Counted from the first letter of the stretch, positions 19,547 to 30,168 are shown. The stretch is DNA of 64,000 nucleotides from Candidatus Hydrogenedentota bacterium (GCA_963668025.2 CAXXTH010000017.1:608001-672000); one strand, 5' to 3'. Program-made: numbers and translations. Notes: generated by a model not told the origin, from the sequence alone.

Positions 19547-21571
19547 TCATCCTGCCGGAGCGCTATGTGCATCCTGATCCGAAGCGGGCTCCACGCGCAA
19601 TAGCACGGTTTCGCAGGGAGCGAGGGTCAACGGGAGTTCCTGGCATACATCGGGAAACATGCGCGAGCCAAAGGCGTCCACTATGCGCGCGGGAAAGGGC
19701 AGATGGATTTGCCTAACGCCGCCTGGCGCGGAGTGGATGCCCAGCCAGCCCCGGCCCGCGTACAGCACGTCGTCCTCGTCATCATAAATGTGCACGCCCG
19801 CCTTGCGGGCCAGAGCGCGCAGCTCGGCGGCGGTCCACTGGTATTTCCCCGGCAACACCTCCGGTGCGACGGCTTGCGGACGGCGGATTTCCGTACCCTC
19901 TTGATAGGTTCGGGACACGGTGGCTCCGGCGTCGGTCCAACGTTGGAGCAGCGCGTTTTCCGCATCCGATAGGTTGCAGACCCCGAGCAGCCACACCCAC
20001 CGGTATTGGCCATCGAGCACTTGGGGCGAAATGGCCGCCATATCCGTGCGCAAGTAAAACTCATAAGGGGCGCCTATTCTTCCTAAAGGATGCCGGTTGG
20101 CCAGGACAGGAGCGGCAAGTTGTCCGAAGCTGGCATCCCAAGACGTGAATTCTTCATCCGCAATGACACATGCTTGGGCCTTCATCCGCGGTATCTCGCG
20201 CGGCGGCTGGGCCGCGTACAATTCCTGGGTGCGGCGCAACACCGCCAGCAAGCGAGGCTCGCTGAACCAGCCGCCCCACATATCAAACCACCAGCCGCCA
20301 TAGCCGCCCGCCAGCATACGCGCGGCGTTCTTGCGCAGAAAGGCCACCGACTCCTCGGCCGTGGTGGGGCCGAGCCACACACCGCTGGCGTATTGGCCGG
20401 GCGGGCACAGATCAGGAGCCTGATCTTTCAACAGCGTGGTCTTGAACGTGCGCGTATCATTTTCCGCCAGCCACAGTTTGCCATGAAGCTGGACCGAGTC
20501 CACGGCGGCCATGGGCGGCCAGTCTTCCCCCGCCACGCGGTAATAGTCATTGGGGCTGGAAAGGTAGTCCAGATCCGGACAGCGCAACAGCTTGCTCAAC
20601 GCGAAATGCCCAAAGCGGGGATCGGGGAGGTTGAAATGATAACCATAGAACGCGCCTGTCAACAGCTTGCCGTCGCTCGCTTCTTTCACCACATGGCAGA
20701 AAAACGCGATGTCATCCACTATTTGCTCGCTGTGGAACCGGAGGGTGTCGAAAATGGGCTGGTCCGTATCGGTTTTCCGCCAGCGCAGGGCCGATGGGGC
20801 CGTGGAAAGGTCCACGGGCTCTGCCGTGTCGAACGTGATATCCGCGCCGCCCCATGCCTTGCGCAAAGCCTTCACATCGCAGTGATACGCATCCGATAGC
20901 CAGATGCGAAACGCGGTGGTCCGCGCCGGATTGAGGTCGTTCAGCATGCCGCCACGGTGGTACATCCATTCCTCCGTTCCCCCAGCGGCTACATGAATCC
21001 CGATGAGCCGCTCCGCGTAGAGGGAGCCGCTTAATTGGCGCAGACATTCGCGCATCGCTTCGGCCGTGGCCTCGCGATATAGCGGCGAGGAGAAGCATTC
21101 ACGGAACGTCGTGCCATCCGCCAACTGGCAGCAGCCTTCCGGATGGGCATTCTCCCACCATTGGGGAGGATCAAGGTAAAGCCGCAAGATGACCAGCGCC
21201 TGGGGATCCGCGTTCAGCAGCACCTTGAAAGCATTGAACACCGGCCCTAGGTCATAGGCGTTCTCGGCCATCCAGAGGGGAGGATTGAACGCGCCAATCC
21301 CCGATTGGGCGTTAATCCCCCGTCCGCCCAAGTTCATAGGCAGGCAATAGAGGTGAATCCCCGTGGACGCGGCATCACGATAATAGGGCTCCCGGCCAAG
21401 ATAGGACATATAGGCGAACGGCGGAACCGTTTTACCGCCGATTTGCAGCGTAGGAATACCGCCGTCCATCACGATGCGGGCTATCGCGGCTTCAGAGGAC
21501 TGCAAAACGGAAGCGCCCGAAAAAAGTATGCACACCAACACGGATCTCGCTAAAGGGCTAAGCATATGCAT
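19547..21571 (-). CDS. Secreted glycoside hydrolase (beta-galactosidase/GH42-like TIM barrel)
   Basis: Signal-peptide-like N-terminus; GIHVAAGGTEEW, LDYLSSPNDY, LWLAENDTRT, WWFDMWGGWF motifs; exact family uncertain. Confidence 0.7.
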   Translation of the reverse strand: MHMLSPLARSVLVCILFSGASVLQSSEAAIARIVMDGGIPTLQIGGKTVPPFAYMSYLGREPYYRDAASTGIHLYCLPMNLGGRGINAQSGIGAFNPPLWMAENAYDLGPVFNAFKVLLNADPQALVILRLYLDPPQWWENAHPEGCCQLADGTTFRECFSSPLYREATAEAMRECLRQLSGSLYAERLIGIHVAAGGTEEWMYHRGGMLNDLNPARTTAFRIWLSDAYHCDVKALRKAWGGADITFDTAEPVDLSTAPSALRWRKTDTDQPIFDTLRFHSEQIVDDIAFFCHVVKEASDGKLLTGAFYGYHFNLPDPRFGHFALSKLLRCPDLDYLSSPNDYYRVAGEDWPPMAAVDSVQLHGKLWLAENDTRTFKTTLLKDQAPDLCPPGQYASGVWLGPTTAEESVAFLRKNAARMLAGGYGGWWFDMWGGWFSEPRLLAVLRRTQELYAAQPPREIPRMKAQACVIADEEFTSWDASFGQLAAPVLANRHPLGRIGAPYEFYLRTDMAAISPQVLDGQYRWVWLLGVCNLSDAENALLQRWTDAGATVSRTYQEGTEIRRPQAVAPEVLPGKYQWTAAELRALARKAGVHIYDDEDDVLYAGRGWLGIHSAPGGVRQIHLPFPARIVDAFGSRMFPDVCQELPLTLAPCETVLLRVEPASDQDAHSAPAG

Positions 21572-21823
21572 GAGCAAATCTCCCTTCCAAGCTGTTATAG
21601 ACGGGATTTGCGCCATAAACAAGGCTGGAGCGCAAGACACGAGACAGCAATGCATTCTCGCTGCGTCAATCCCGTGCAAAGGGCCTTCTAAAAACGTCTC
21701 ATGGGCGAATCCGCACCGCCGCAAATCGCAAAAGGCCATTCGAGTCGAAGCTTCCGAACTCCAAACTCTTTGCAAGAAAGGACTTAGCGCTTGTATGGAG
21801 TGCGGCGGCTTGCTACCGTTTTA

Positions 21824-22102
21824 GTAACACTTTAGCGGACTGAAGCAAGAGCTGCTTTTTTTGACATGATTTACAAGATGGACAAGATTGGACAAGACCG
21901 CCAGGGTTATTTGCAGATTTGAAAATTACTCTGAAAAGTGTCCGGGCGCATTCTTTTGTGTAGCAAAATTGCCATCAAAAAAATCTTGTCTCATCTTGTA
22001 AATCATGTCTAAAAATGAATGCCTCCATCATAGGCGGTTTATTATGTATTCTCAGTTCAAAGACCGTCCCGATGTTTTTACTTCAATCTGCTAAAGTGTT
22101 AC
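21824..22102. mobile_element. 279-bp non-autonomous MITE, IS66-like
   Basis: TIRs GTAACACTTTAGCGGACTGAAGCAAGA / GTAACACTTTAGCAGATTGAAGTAAAA (23/27 identical); perfect 8-bp flanking duplication CCGTTTTA at 21816-21823 and 22103-22110; no transposase ORF. Confidence 0.85.
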
Positions 22103-22347
22103 CCGTTTTATTGTTTTCTTTCGGTGCAAGTAGATCGTTTTCCGGTCTTGCGGCTTGCCAGCTCTGTTTTTGTAGATCCCCGCAAATGGGAATCCTGGGC
22201 GTTCCCTGTGAATCCCCGTTCACGCCAAAATACACCCTATGGCTGATTCAAGCGGTTAAAGTGTCATAAATCATAAACCTTGCCAACACGCCCGCCAATT
22301 GGCACAATAACGCAAACACTATCTCGACACCTGGAAGGAGACACTTC

Positions 22348-23583
22348 ATGAGCACATTTCAACACATCCATATCCCTGCGGGCGAACCGATCACGGTGCA
22401 GCCATCGGGCGGGCTTCAAACTCCGGATAAACCTATCATCGCTTTCATCGAAGGCGATGGCACCGGGCCGGACATTTGGCGCGCATCGAAACACATTTTC
22501 GACTCCGCCGTGAAACACTGTTATGCCGGCAAACGCGAGATCGCCTGGATGGAAGTATACGCGGGCGAAAAAGCCAATACTCTGTATGGCGCCTATTTAC
22601 CCGATGAGACCGTGGACGCCATCCGTGAATACGTCGTCGCCATCAAGGGGCCGCTGACGACGCCTATCGGCGGCGGATTCCGCAGCCTGAATGTGACGTT
22701 GCGCCAGGTGCTCGACCTGTTCGCGTGCGTCCGCCCGGTCCGGTATTTCGAGGGCGTCCCCAGCCCCGTGAAACATCCCGAGAAGGTGGACATGGTCATT
22801 TTCCGCGAAAACACGGAAGACGTGTATTCGGGCCTCGAACTCGAAGAAGGGACGCCGGAAGCGGCAGGGCTCATCGATTTCTTGAAGGAACGTTATGGCT
22901 GGAAGATCCGGCCCGATTCCGGTATTGGGATCAAGCCTATCAGCGCCACGTGCAGCAAGCGCTTGGTGCGCGCTGCTATCCGATACGCCGCAAAGCATGG
23001 CCTCAAGAGCGTCACACTCGTTCATAAAGGCAACATCATGAAATACACCGAAGGCGCTTTCCGCAAATGGGGCTATGAGCTCGTGCGCGAGGAATTCTCC
23101 GATATCGCCGTGAGCTGGGACGATTGCAACGGCGAACCCGGCGATAAGATCCTTGTGAAAGACACCATCGCCGATATCTTCCTCCAGCAGGTGCTGACAC
23201 GCCCCGAAGAATTCGATGTGGTGGCCACCATGAACCTGAACGGCGATTATGCCAGCGACGCCCTTGCGGCCCAAGTGGGCGGCATCGGCATCGCGCCGGG
23301 GGCTAATATCAACTACGAAACCGGCGCGGCCATCTTCGAAGCCACCCACGGCACTGCCCCCAAATACGCGAACCAGGACAAAGTCAATCCGAGCAGCGTC
23401 GTCCTCTCGGGCATCATGATGTTCGAGCACATGGGCTGGACCGAAGTATCCGACACCATCATCAACGCCATGGTAAAGACTTTCAAAGCCAAGACCGTGA
23501 CCTACGACTTCGCACGGCTCATGGAAGGGGCCAAGCTGCTTAAATGCAGCGAATTCGCCCAAGCCGTCGTGGACAACATGTAA
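22348..23583 (+). CDS. icd: Isocitrate dehydrogenase (NADP, E. coli-type)
   Basis: [58 protein letters not shown]. Confidence 0.98.
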   Translation: MSTFQHIHIPAGEPITVQPSGGLQTPDKPIIAFIEGDGTGPDIWRASKHIFDSAVKHCYAGKREIAWMEVYAGEKANTLYGAYLPDETVDAIREYVVAIKGPLTTPIGGGFRSLNVTLRQVLDLFACVRPVRYFEGVPSPVKHPEKVDMVIFRENTEDVYSGLELEEGTPEAAGLIDFLKERYGWKIRPDSGIGIKPISATCSKRLVRAAIRYAAKHGLKSVTLVHKGNIMKYTEGAFRKWGYELVREEFSDIAVSWDDCNGEPGDKILVKDTIADIFLQQVLTRPEEFDVVATMNLNGDYASDALAAQVGGIGIAPGANINYETGAAIFEATHGTAPKYANQDKVNPSSVVLSGIMMFEHMGWTEVSDTIINAMVKTFKAKTVTYDFARLMEGAKLLKCSEFAQAVVDNM

Positions 23584-23602
23584 CCACAAGACGCCGTAAC
23601 AT

Positions 23603-23630
23603 GCGGGGCGGTTTAAACGCCGCCCCGCTT
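23603..23630. terminator. Hairpin between convergent icd and kinase genes
   Basis: GCGGGGCGG-TTTAAACG-CCGCCCCGC. Confidence 0.7.
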
Positions 23631-23662
23631 ATAGGCTTGGCATGCCGAGGTGTGCTTAGCGG

Positions 23663-24832
23663 TTATAACGCATCAGACAAAGGCAGGCACAGGCGGAATT
23701 CCGTCCCCTCGCTGGGCGATGAAGTAAAGCTAACCTTGCCCTTCAAGAATTTCTCGCCGAACAGCTTCATCGAATACGTGCCTATTCCACGCCCCGAATC
23801 GGCTTTGGTACTAAAATGCCGCTGGAATATGCGGGGCGCGACCGTATCGAGAATCGCTTGGTCATTCCATACACAAAAACAAAGCGCATGGTCTTGCGAA
23901 TCTATCTTGAGCCGGACTTCACCTCCAGGTTCGGTCGCTTCAAAAGCATTGAGCACCATGTTGGTCAATACTCGAAGCACAAGCGTGGCGTCGGAACAGA
24001 TGGATAGAGACGGCTCAATATGGGGAACCGCCAGCCGCTTGCCTTGCGCGGCGGGATGATTGATGAACGCCTCTTGTATATCATAGATAATCTGTCCGAT
24101 GAACATCTCTTGTGGAGAGACTTGGTATTCGAAGACGCCCTGCCGCAGCAACATGGCTTGCAGCTTAACTTCATCCGTTAAACGCATAGAAAGGGCATAA
24201 ATGATCTCTATCAACTCACGAGATGGCTCATTGTTATCATCGAGCGCCAGCAAATAGCAATTACCCGCCAATCCGGACACGAGATTAATGATATCGTGGA
24301 AAAACGTCCGCTCCAGCATGGCCCAGCGTTCATACGCCGTGATATCCTGTAAAAAGAGCACTACGAATGGCCGGTCATCCAAAATAATCCGGCATGCCCG
24401 GACCCGCAGGCTGATATCGGTTTCTTGGCCGTTCACGAGCGCGGTTAATGCGCATTTCCGTTCCACCGGCTCAGCGCTGGCGAGGCTGGATACAATTGCA
24501 ATAGCCGCACCGCACGTGGCGCATGGCTTCGCCGTTCCACATCCACCGGACATTTCAGATGCATGCACGCAATTCACCACTTCGCCGGGGCGCATGCCGA
24601 GCATTGTGGCGGCATCGCTAATTCCCAGCATTTTCAGGAATGTCTCATTCATAGCCAGCACTTGCCGGTGTTCATTCAATATGGCGAGAATGCCGCTTGC
24701 AGCAGTCAGCAGGCCCTTGATCACCGGATGCCCTGAAATGTAATCGATATCCTGCTGAAGCTGTTCTTTAGGAATCCTGGCTGCTGATGCAAAATATGTG
24801 TCATTCATGGAAGGGTTCCTTGCGCTGTTCAT
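23663..24832 (-). CDS. Cytoplasmic sensor histidine kinase with Cys-rich PAS-like domain
   Basis: H-box FFHDIINL, N-box NMVLNAFEA, FSTK..GRGIGTY; input motif C-x9-C-x5-C-x2-C; alternative start 24808. Confidence 0.88.
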   Translation of the reverse strand: MNSARNPSMNDTYFASAARIPKEQLQQDIDYISGHPVIKGLLTAASGILAILNEHRQVLAMNETFLKMLGISDAATMLGMRPGEVVNCVHASEMSGGCGTAKPCATCGAAIAIVSSLASAEPVERKCALTALVNGQETDISLRVRACRIILDDRPFVVLFLQDITAYERWAMLERTFFHDIINLVSGLAGNCYLLALDDNNEPSRELIEIIYALSMRLTDEVKLQAMLLRQGVFEYQVSPQEMFIGQIIYDIQEAFINHPAAQGKRLAVPHIEPSLSICSDATLVLRVLTNMVLNAFEATEPGGEVRLKIDSQDHALCFCVWNDQAILDTVAPRIFQRHFSTKADSGRGIGTYSMKLFGEKFLKGKVSFTSSPSEGTEFRLCLPLSDAL

Positions 24833-24912
24833 CGTCCAATCAGATGGAATATTACCATACTCGAATGCAATTACGCCGATTCATTACGCCGATTCATGAT
24901 TCTTATCCGCCC

Positions 24913-25833
24913 CTACGAGCGGGGATGGAATTGCTTATGGGCGCGGCCCAGGCGCTCCGCGCTGACATGGGTGTAGATCTGCGTGGTGGCAATGTCGGCA
25001 TGGCCAAGCATTTCCTGTACATCACGCAGGCCCGCGCCATTATCGAGAAGATGCGTGGCGAAGGAATGCCGGAGCATATGGGGCGTCACGTTCATCGGCA
25101 CATTCGCGGCCCGGGCGTAGCGCTTGACGAGGCTCCATATGGACGAACGGTGCATTCGCTTGCCCCGGCTTGATACAAACAGGGTGTCATCCAGTACTTT
25201 CCCTCGAGCGCGCACCTCCAGCCAGCGGGCCAACCGTTCCCGCGCCTGGCTTCCCAATGGCACCAAACGCACTTTGGTTCCTTTCCCGCGCACGCGGACG
25301 GCGCTCTCCTCGAGCGACACGTTGCGCAACGGCAGATTAGCCAGCTCAGAAATCCGCAGGCCGCTCGAATAAAACAATTCGAGAATGGCCGCGTCGCGCA
25401 ATCCCTCATCGGTTGTTTTATCCGGCATGGCGAGCAAACACTCGAGGCTCAGGGGAGACAGCACATCCGGCAAGGCGCGGGTGAGATGGGGCTGCTCGAA
25501 TCCGTCCGACGGATCGTGCGCGGCAAGGCGTTCGTCACGCAAAAAACGATGAAACCGGCGGATGGCGCTCAAGTGGCGCGCCGCCGAGCGCGCGCATAAT
25601 CCGCTCTTGCGCATCTCGATGAGATGATCGAGAATATGCTCCCGCGTGGCCTCGCCGATATCATGCACGCCACGCCGTTCGAGGAAAGCAAGATACGTAC
25701 GCACATCCGCGGCGTATGCAGCCAGCGTTTTCTCTGATAGCCCTGCTTCAAAAATGATCATCTGCAAGAATTGATCATGCAGCGGAGCCAGCGGGCCAAG
25801 CGCTTCCGCCGCGTCTTCTGCTTCTGTTTTCAT
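24913..25833 (-). CDS. xerD: Tyrosine recombinase XerD
   Basis: RDAAILELFYSSGLRISE, GKGTKVR, TPHMLRHSFATHLL, QEMLGHADIATTQIYTH; C-terminal HKQFHPR. Confidence 0.92.
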   Translation of the reverse strand: MKTEAEDAAEALGPLAPLHDQFLQMIIFEAGLSEKTLAAYAADVRTYLAFLERRGVHDIGEATREHILDHLIEMRKSGLCARSAARHLSAIRRFHRFLRDERLAAHDPSDGFEQPHLTRALPDVLSPLSLECLLAMPDKTTDEGLRDAAILELFYSSGLRISELANLPLRNVSLEESAVRVRGKGTKVRLVPLGSQARERLARWLEVRARGKVLDDTLFVSSRGKRMHRSSIWSLVKRYARAANVPMNVTPHMLRHSFATHLLDNGAGLRDVQEMLGHADIATTQIYTHVSAERLGRAHKQFHPRS

Positions 25834-25904
25834 GGCCTATATCCTGCCTTGCCGGAAACCGAAGTGCAAGGCGCGCGCATGTGGGCGTCTCTTATCCATT
25901 TTGC

Positions 25905-26726
25905 CTACTCGATTGGCTCCACCGCCAAGGGCATGTTCATGAGGGCAATGACGCTAGAGGGATGAGAGGCTCGCGCACGCCGTTTAGGCTGGCCTTCTTC
26001 GGCTGGCCGGAAAAGGCTGAGCTGCTCGAAAGGCGCTTTCAACGAAAGGAGCGGGGGCGGATTCTTGCCCAATTTCCATGCGGCGGCCTCAGCAGCCTTG
26101 CGGATCATCGCGCATGCCCGTGCGGGCGGTATGTGAACAGCCCCCGTGTAGCGGCGCGCATACTCCGCCTCGGTGCATTCTTCACCGGTTCCGGGCATGA
26201 CGCCCCGCTTCACCGCACACGTGACTATGCCCGGTGCAAAAGCCTCTGCTTCTTGGGTGAACGCCCGGTCGCCCGCCCCGAAAAATGCGGGCACGCCCAA
26301 TTCGGCCGCGCATAAAGCAAGCTGGCCGAACTCACCAATCGATACGCCGTTCACCGACAGGTCGATGTACTGCATGTTTTGCGTGTGTGGCAAATGGGCG
26401 TGTTCCGTCGAAGCCTTCGCGTGCTGGCCCACCCAAGCAACGCCATCAAATGTGTCATCCAATCCAAAAGGCCAGGCCGGATGCCAGCCACGGGAATACT
26501 CGGCGCGTGGGTCAAGATGGATAAAGTCAATTCCCCCAGCGCCATGGCCATCCACGGCCAATACTTCATCCGCGCCCCCAGCGAAAAATCCGTCAATCGC
26601 CGCATTCGCCTCTTGCGTGAGCAGGCGGCGGCCCATTTCATAATATCGCGATTCCGGGAAACACCACGTTGGAAAATCCAGTACGCCGGAAACGCCTTCC
26701 ATATCGGTCATGAGGCAAATCTTCAT
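25905..26726 (-). CDS. D-aminopeptidase DppA (peptidase M55)
   Basis: DMEGVSG, DGHG, GQHAK, HT, IGEFG motifs. Confidence 0.9.
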   Translation of the reverse strand: MKICLMTDMEGVSGVLDFPTWCFPESRYYEMGRRLLTQEANAAIDGFFAGGADEVLAVDGHGAGGIDFIHLDPRAEYSRGWHPAWPFGLDDTFDGVAWVGQHAKASTEHAHLPHTQNMQYIDLSVNGVSIGEFGQLALCAAELGVPAFFGAGDRAFTQEAEAFAPGIVTCAVKRGVMPGTGEECTEAEYARRYTGAVHIPPARACAMIRKAAEAAAWKLGKNPPPLLSLKAPFEQLSLFRPAEEGQPKRRARASHPSSVIALMNMPLAVEPIE

Positions 26727-27925
26727 TATCCATTTCCTATAACACGTGAGCCGTCTGAAGCATGGGCGCTATCTACATTCGTTTCGCGCAATACTTTCTG
26801 ATATGCCTCCTCGAGCGTTTGCGCATAGTCCTGCGGCTGATGCCGCCATTCCACATCAAGCCGGGCCTGCCGGCCCAATGTCTGCCGCAACCCTTCGTCG
26901 CGGAGCAATAACACAAGGGCTTCCGCGAAAGCCGCTTCATCGCCATCCTCGACGACGAGCCCATTGCGCCCGTTTTCCAGGGGATGCGCGCCGCCATGGC
27001 ATGCCACGATCGCCTTTCCCGCCGCCATGGCGTTCAGCAGTTTCATGGGATAACCGGACCATGACACGCGCGGGCACGCCACAACAGCGCTGCGCTGCAA
27101 TACCTTCCGCAAGGCGTCCAGATCGGGCGTGGCGCATACTTCGCACGGTTCCAGCGGACCCAGCGCCGCCGATGCAATCCGGGATGCCGTGGCAATGCAC
27201 AGAACTGCTTCCGGCATCACGCGGCGCACCTGCCGCATGGCGCGGCCCAGCAAAGGCAGATTTTGGTAGGCGTCCAGATTGCCCATATACAAGACCACGG
27301 GCGCATTCGCGGGCGGCCCGCTAAACACCGCATCAAACAGCGCCGCGTCACACGCGGGTGGCGCGACGGATACCTTCCCGGGACGGCACCCGCAGGCGAT
27401 CAAATAATCCACGAGGACGCGATGAGGCGCGATCACCCCGTCCGCATGGGGCGGCAAATGCCGGTCCAGCCAAGCCCCAACGCCCGCAGCGCCAGGGATG
27501 CGCGGGAGGAAATAGGGCAATTCGTCGGCCATGGCGTTATGGGCGTGATAGAGCAGCGGAATATGCATTCTCCCGCACCCACGCAGCGCCGCCAATGACG
27601 CCAGCAACCCTTCGTAGTTGTGGGCATGCACTAACTCGATATGCTGTTCGCGCACCAACCGGCGAAGTGCGGCGGCGAGTGCGGCGTCAGCCACTGGCTT
27701 CATGAAAGCTGGCCCCGCCGCCGTCCGGCGCAAGCCGGGAATGTGCGTGCAACGGTGAATCGCCATGCCACAAGGTGCGTCTCCAATTCCATAAGAGTAC
27801 ACCACAAGATGGACTTCATGGCCCCGTTCCATCAACGCCCGAGCGGTTCCCTCGAGCAGCACCTGAGAACCTTGCGGCACGGGAAAAGGGCATGCGCCCA
27901 CCATGGCGATGCGTAATGGTTTCAT
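26726..27925 (-). CDS. GT4 glycosyltransferase
   Basis: LVHAHNYE, YMGNLDAYQ, GYPMKLLNAMAAGKAIV. Confidence 0.9.
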   Translation of the reverse strand: MKPLRIAMVGACPFPVPQGSQVLLEGTARALMERGHEVHLVVYSYGIGDAPCGMAIHRCTHIPGLRRTAAGPAFMKPVADAALAAALRRLVREQHIELVHAHNYEGLLASLAALRGCGRMHIPLLYHAHNAMADELPYFLPRIPGAAGVGAWLDRHLPPHADGVIAPHRVLVDYLIACGCRPGKVSVAPPACDAALFDAVFSGPPANAPVVLYMGNLDAYQNLPLLGRAMRQVRRVMPEAVLCIATASRIASAALGPLEPCEVCATPDLDALRKVLQRSAVVACPRVSWSGYPMKLLNAMAAGKAIVACHGGAHPLENGRNGLVVEDGDEAAFAEALVLLLRDEGLRQTLGRQARLDVEWRHQPQDYAQTLEEAYQKVLRETNVDSAHASDGSRVIGNG

Positions 27926-27928
27926 ATG

Positions 27929-29524
27929 CTACTCCAAATACCCGAGCGCCCGCAGGCGCTCTTCGATGATGCGCTCTTCTTCCTCGCTGTACGGCGCGGG
28001 CGGCATTTCTACGTCGCTAAACACATCGCCGGAGTGGGGGAGGGCGTCTTGGCGGAACAGATCAACGCCTTCCAAGGGCGGCCCTTGCACTCCGAGGCGC
28101 GCGAGAACCGTCGGGGCCACATCGAACAGGCTTGCCCGTCGTGCCAACGAGGGTTCTGATAGGAACAACACGCCCGTGGGCCGATGGCTGCCGTTCATGC
28201 CGCGCTCCTTGCCGCCGAGACGCTCCGCCGGGCCAATACGCCGGAAGCATGGGCCGCCCCGGCTCCGCAAGCAGGCATGGGAATATCCGTCCTCAAGCGC
28301 CAGCTCGAGAATAATGTCCGGCGCTTCGGAAACATATGGCCCTTCGTACAGCTCCTCGCGCCGCCAAGCCTTGGCTACGGGAGGCCAGGCTTCAAGCGTC
28401 GCGCACAGGTCCGTGCAGAACGCGCCATAATCAGATGGCTCCACTTGGCCCAGCGCCTCGCGCCCACGCAGATTCACCCGGATCGACGGGAAGTAGTTGA
28501 GTTCCTCCGACCACGCCCGCGTGGCGGGCCAATGGATGCCGCCAAAACGGGAGCGGCTTTCCGCCTTCGACGCCAGCCCATGGAATCGGCGGAACAGGCG
28601 GCCTTGCCAGCTCGAGGGAATCGTAGCCAAGGCCAGGCCTTTGAGCCAGCTATCGGATGTGGATGCGAACGCCAAAAGACCTTGTTCCGCCAGCCAATTG
28701 TTCAGATGGACCACGCCCGTGCCCGCGCCGCCAAATCCATGATCCGACACCACGCCCACGGTGCAATCGCCGCCTGCGGCGGACTCGAGCGCGCCCACGG
28801 CTTCATCAAGCCGGGCATACACCCGCAGAACGGCATCCTCGAATCCGGTAAGCTGTCCGCTGGCGCGCGGCGAAGCGGGATCGTGAAACGCCCAGAAATG
28901 ATGCGCCACGGTATCCGATTCGCCGAAGACCAGCATGAAAAAATCCCAAGGCTCTTCCGCCAGCAGTTCGCAAGCGATACGCTGCTTGATGGCGATGCCC
29001 TCGAGTAGTTTCGGCAAGGCCTGCGCATGCCAGCCGGGGCCGATATGGGACTCCTGGAAATCAGCGAAGCGCCAATCCCGCACTCGAGGATAGTATGCCG
29101 GCGGATACACGAAGGAACGATCCACGCGGGTGGCGACCGGCGAATCAAATCCCGACACCAGCACGCCGTTCACGGGCTCCGGCGGATACGTGGCCGGAAC
29201 GCCCAGCACACAAACACGCCGCCCGGCCTTCGACAAAACATTCCACAAGGCGGGCGCGCGGCGGTAGGTGGCGTTGGTGAAACGCAAGGCATAAGCCCCC
29301 GGCGCAGGTGTAGTAAAGTCAAACACGCCATGCCGCCCGGGATTCACGCCCGTAACACAAGTAGTCCATGCGGGGAATGTGGCGGGGGGGGTTACGCTCG
29401 CGCACGGCATGAATGCGCCTTCGTTGAGCAATCGGGCCAGATGCGGCAAGTGGCCCTCGCGCATCCAGCGTTCGAGCAGCGAATGCTCCGCCCCATCAAG
29501 GCCTATCAGTAGAAATCGCGGCAT
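27929..29524 (-). CDS. Alkaline-phosphatase-superfamily type I phosphodiesterase/nucleotide pyrophosphatase
   Basis: LIGLDGA, TFPAWTTCVTGVNPGRHG, VSDHGF, GSHR; C-terminal ERLRALGY; start placed at the second Met (leaderless promoter geometry). Confidence 0.9.
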   Translation of the reverse strand: MPRFLLIGLDGAEHSLLERWMREGHLPHLARLLNEGAFMPCASVTPPATFPAWTTCVTGVNPGRHGVFDFTTPAPGAYALRFTNATYRRAPALWNVLSKAGRRVCVLGVPATYPPEPVNGVLVSGFDSPVATRVDRSFVYPPAYYPRVRDWRFADFQESHIGPGWHAQALPKLLEGIAIKQRIACELLAEEPWDFFMLVFGESDTVAHHFWAFHDPASPRASGQLTGFEDAVLRVYARLDEAVGALESAAGGDCTVGVVSDHGFGGAGTGVVHLNNWLAEQGLLAFASTSDSWLKGLALATIPSSWQGRLFRRFHGLASKAESRSRFGGIHWPATRAWSEELNYFPSIRVNLRGREALGQVEPSDYGAFCTDLCATLEAWPPVAKAWRREELYEGPYVSEAPDIILELALEDGYSHACLRSRGGPCFRRIGPAERLGGKERGMNGSHRPTGVLFLSEPSLARRASLFDVAPTVLARLGVQGPPLEGVDLFRQDALPHSGDVFSDVEMPPAPYSEEEERIIEERLRALGYLE

Positions 29525-29694
29525 GGAGGGCATTGTAGCAAACCATGCGCTTCGCGCACGTTATAATTCCAAAGATGGGCCATTAAGTTGATTCCATACC
29601 AACCGGCAGGTAGAATTCACACTAATTACGCTGCGTCTTGGGCGCGGCGAAAAATCAAACCTAACCCTATTGCCGGATACACGGAAAATCATAT

Positions 29695-30150
29695 ATGAGC
29701 ATTCTCGGAATTGATATACCGGAAGAAGCAGTGTGCTTATTCTCCGAGCCCATCGCCAAGCACGACATGCTGGCCCAGCTTGCCCATGCCGTGGCATCCA
29801 CGGGAGCGATCACGAACGAGGAAAACTTCGTCAAGGCCCTCTTCGACCGGGAGCAGGTCATGAGCACGGGCATCGGTTCGGGTGTGGCTATCCCGCATGT
29901 GCGCATCGAGGAAGTGACCAGGCCCGCACTGGGCGTGGGCATTTCCAAGACGGGCGTCGAGTACGACACCCTCGATAATGACCCGGTCTATGTGGTGGTG
30001 CTATTCGCCATGCCGGCAGGCTCGCACAAGGAATATCTCAAGCTCCTTGCGGAAGTCATGATGCAGCTTAAAGCGCCGGGTTTCACGGAAGAGCTGAGGG
30101 CATGCACGACGGCCAAGCAGATTATCAGCCTCATGACGGAAGGGGTTTGA
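29695..30150 (+). CDS. PTS EIIA (Ntr/fructose-type) protein
   Basis: REQVMSTGIGSGVAIPH. Confidence 0.92.
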   Translation: MSILGIDIPEEAVCLFSEPIAKHDMLAQLAHAVASTGAITNEENFVKALFDREQVMSTGIGSGVAIPHVRIEEVTRPALGVGISKTGVEYDTLDNDPVYVVVLFAMPAGSHKEYLKLLAEVMMQLKAPGFTEELRACTTAKQIISLMTEGV

Positions 30151-30168
30151 ACAGCCCACTGCACTACA

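Noticed and set aside
22280-22316. sigma54 promoter for icd (TTGGCACAATAACGC)
   Set aside because: GG-to-GC spacing is 9 rather than 10; a sigma70 reading TTGCCA-N17-CACAAT fits better.
24870-24895. 13-bp tandem duplication ATTACGCCGATTC x2
   Set aside because: Only two copies; no resemblance to a dif site; probably slippage.
24913-25833. Prophage or island integrase
   Set aside because: Length and motifs match housekeeping XerD; no tRNA, att repeats or phage genes nearby.
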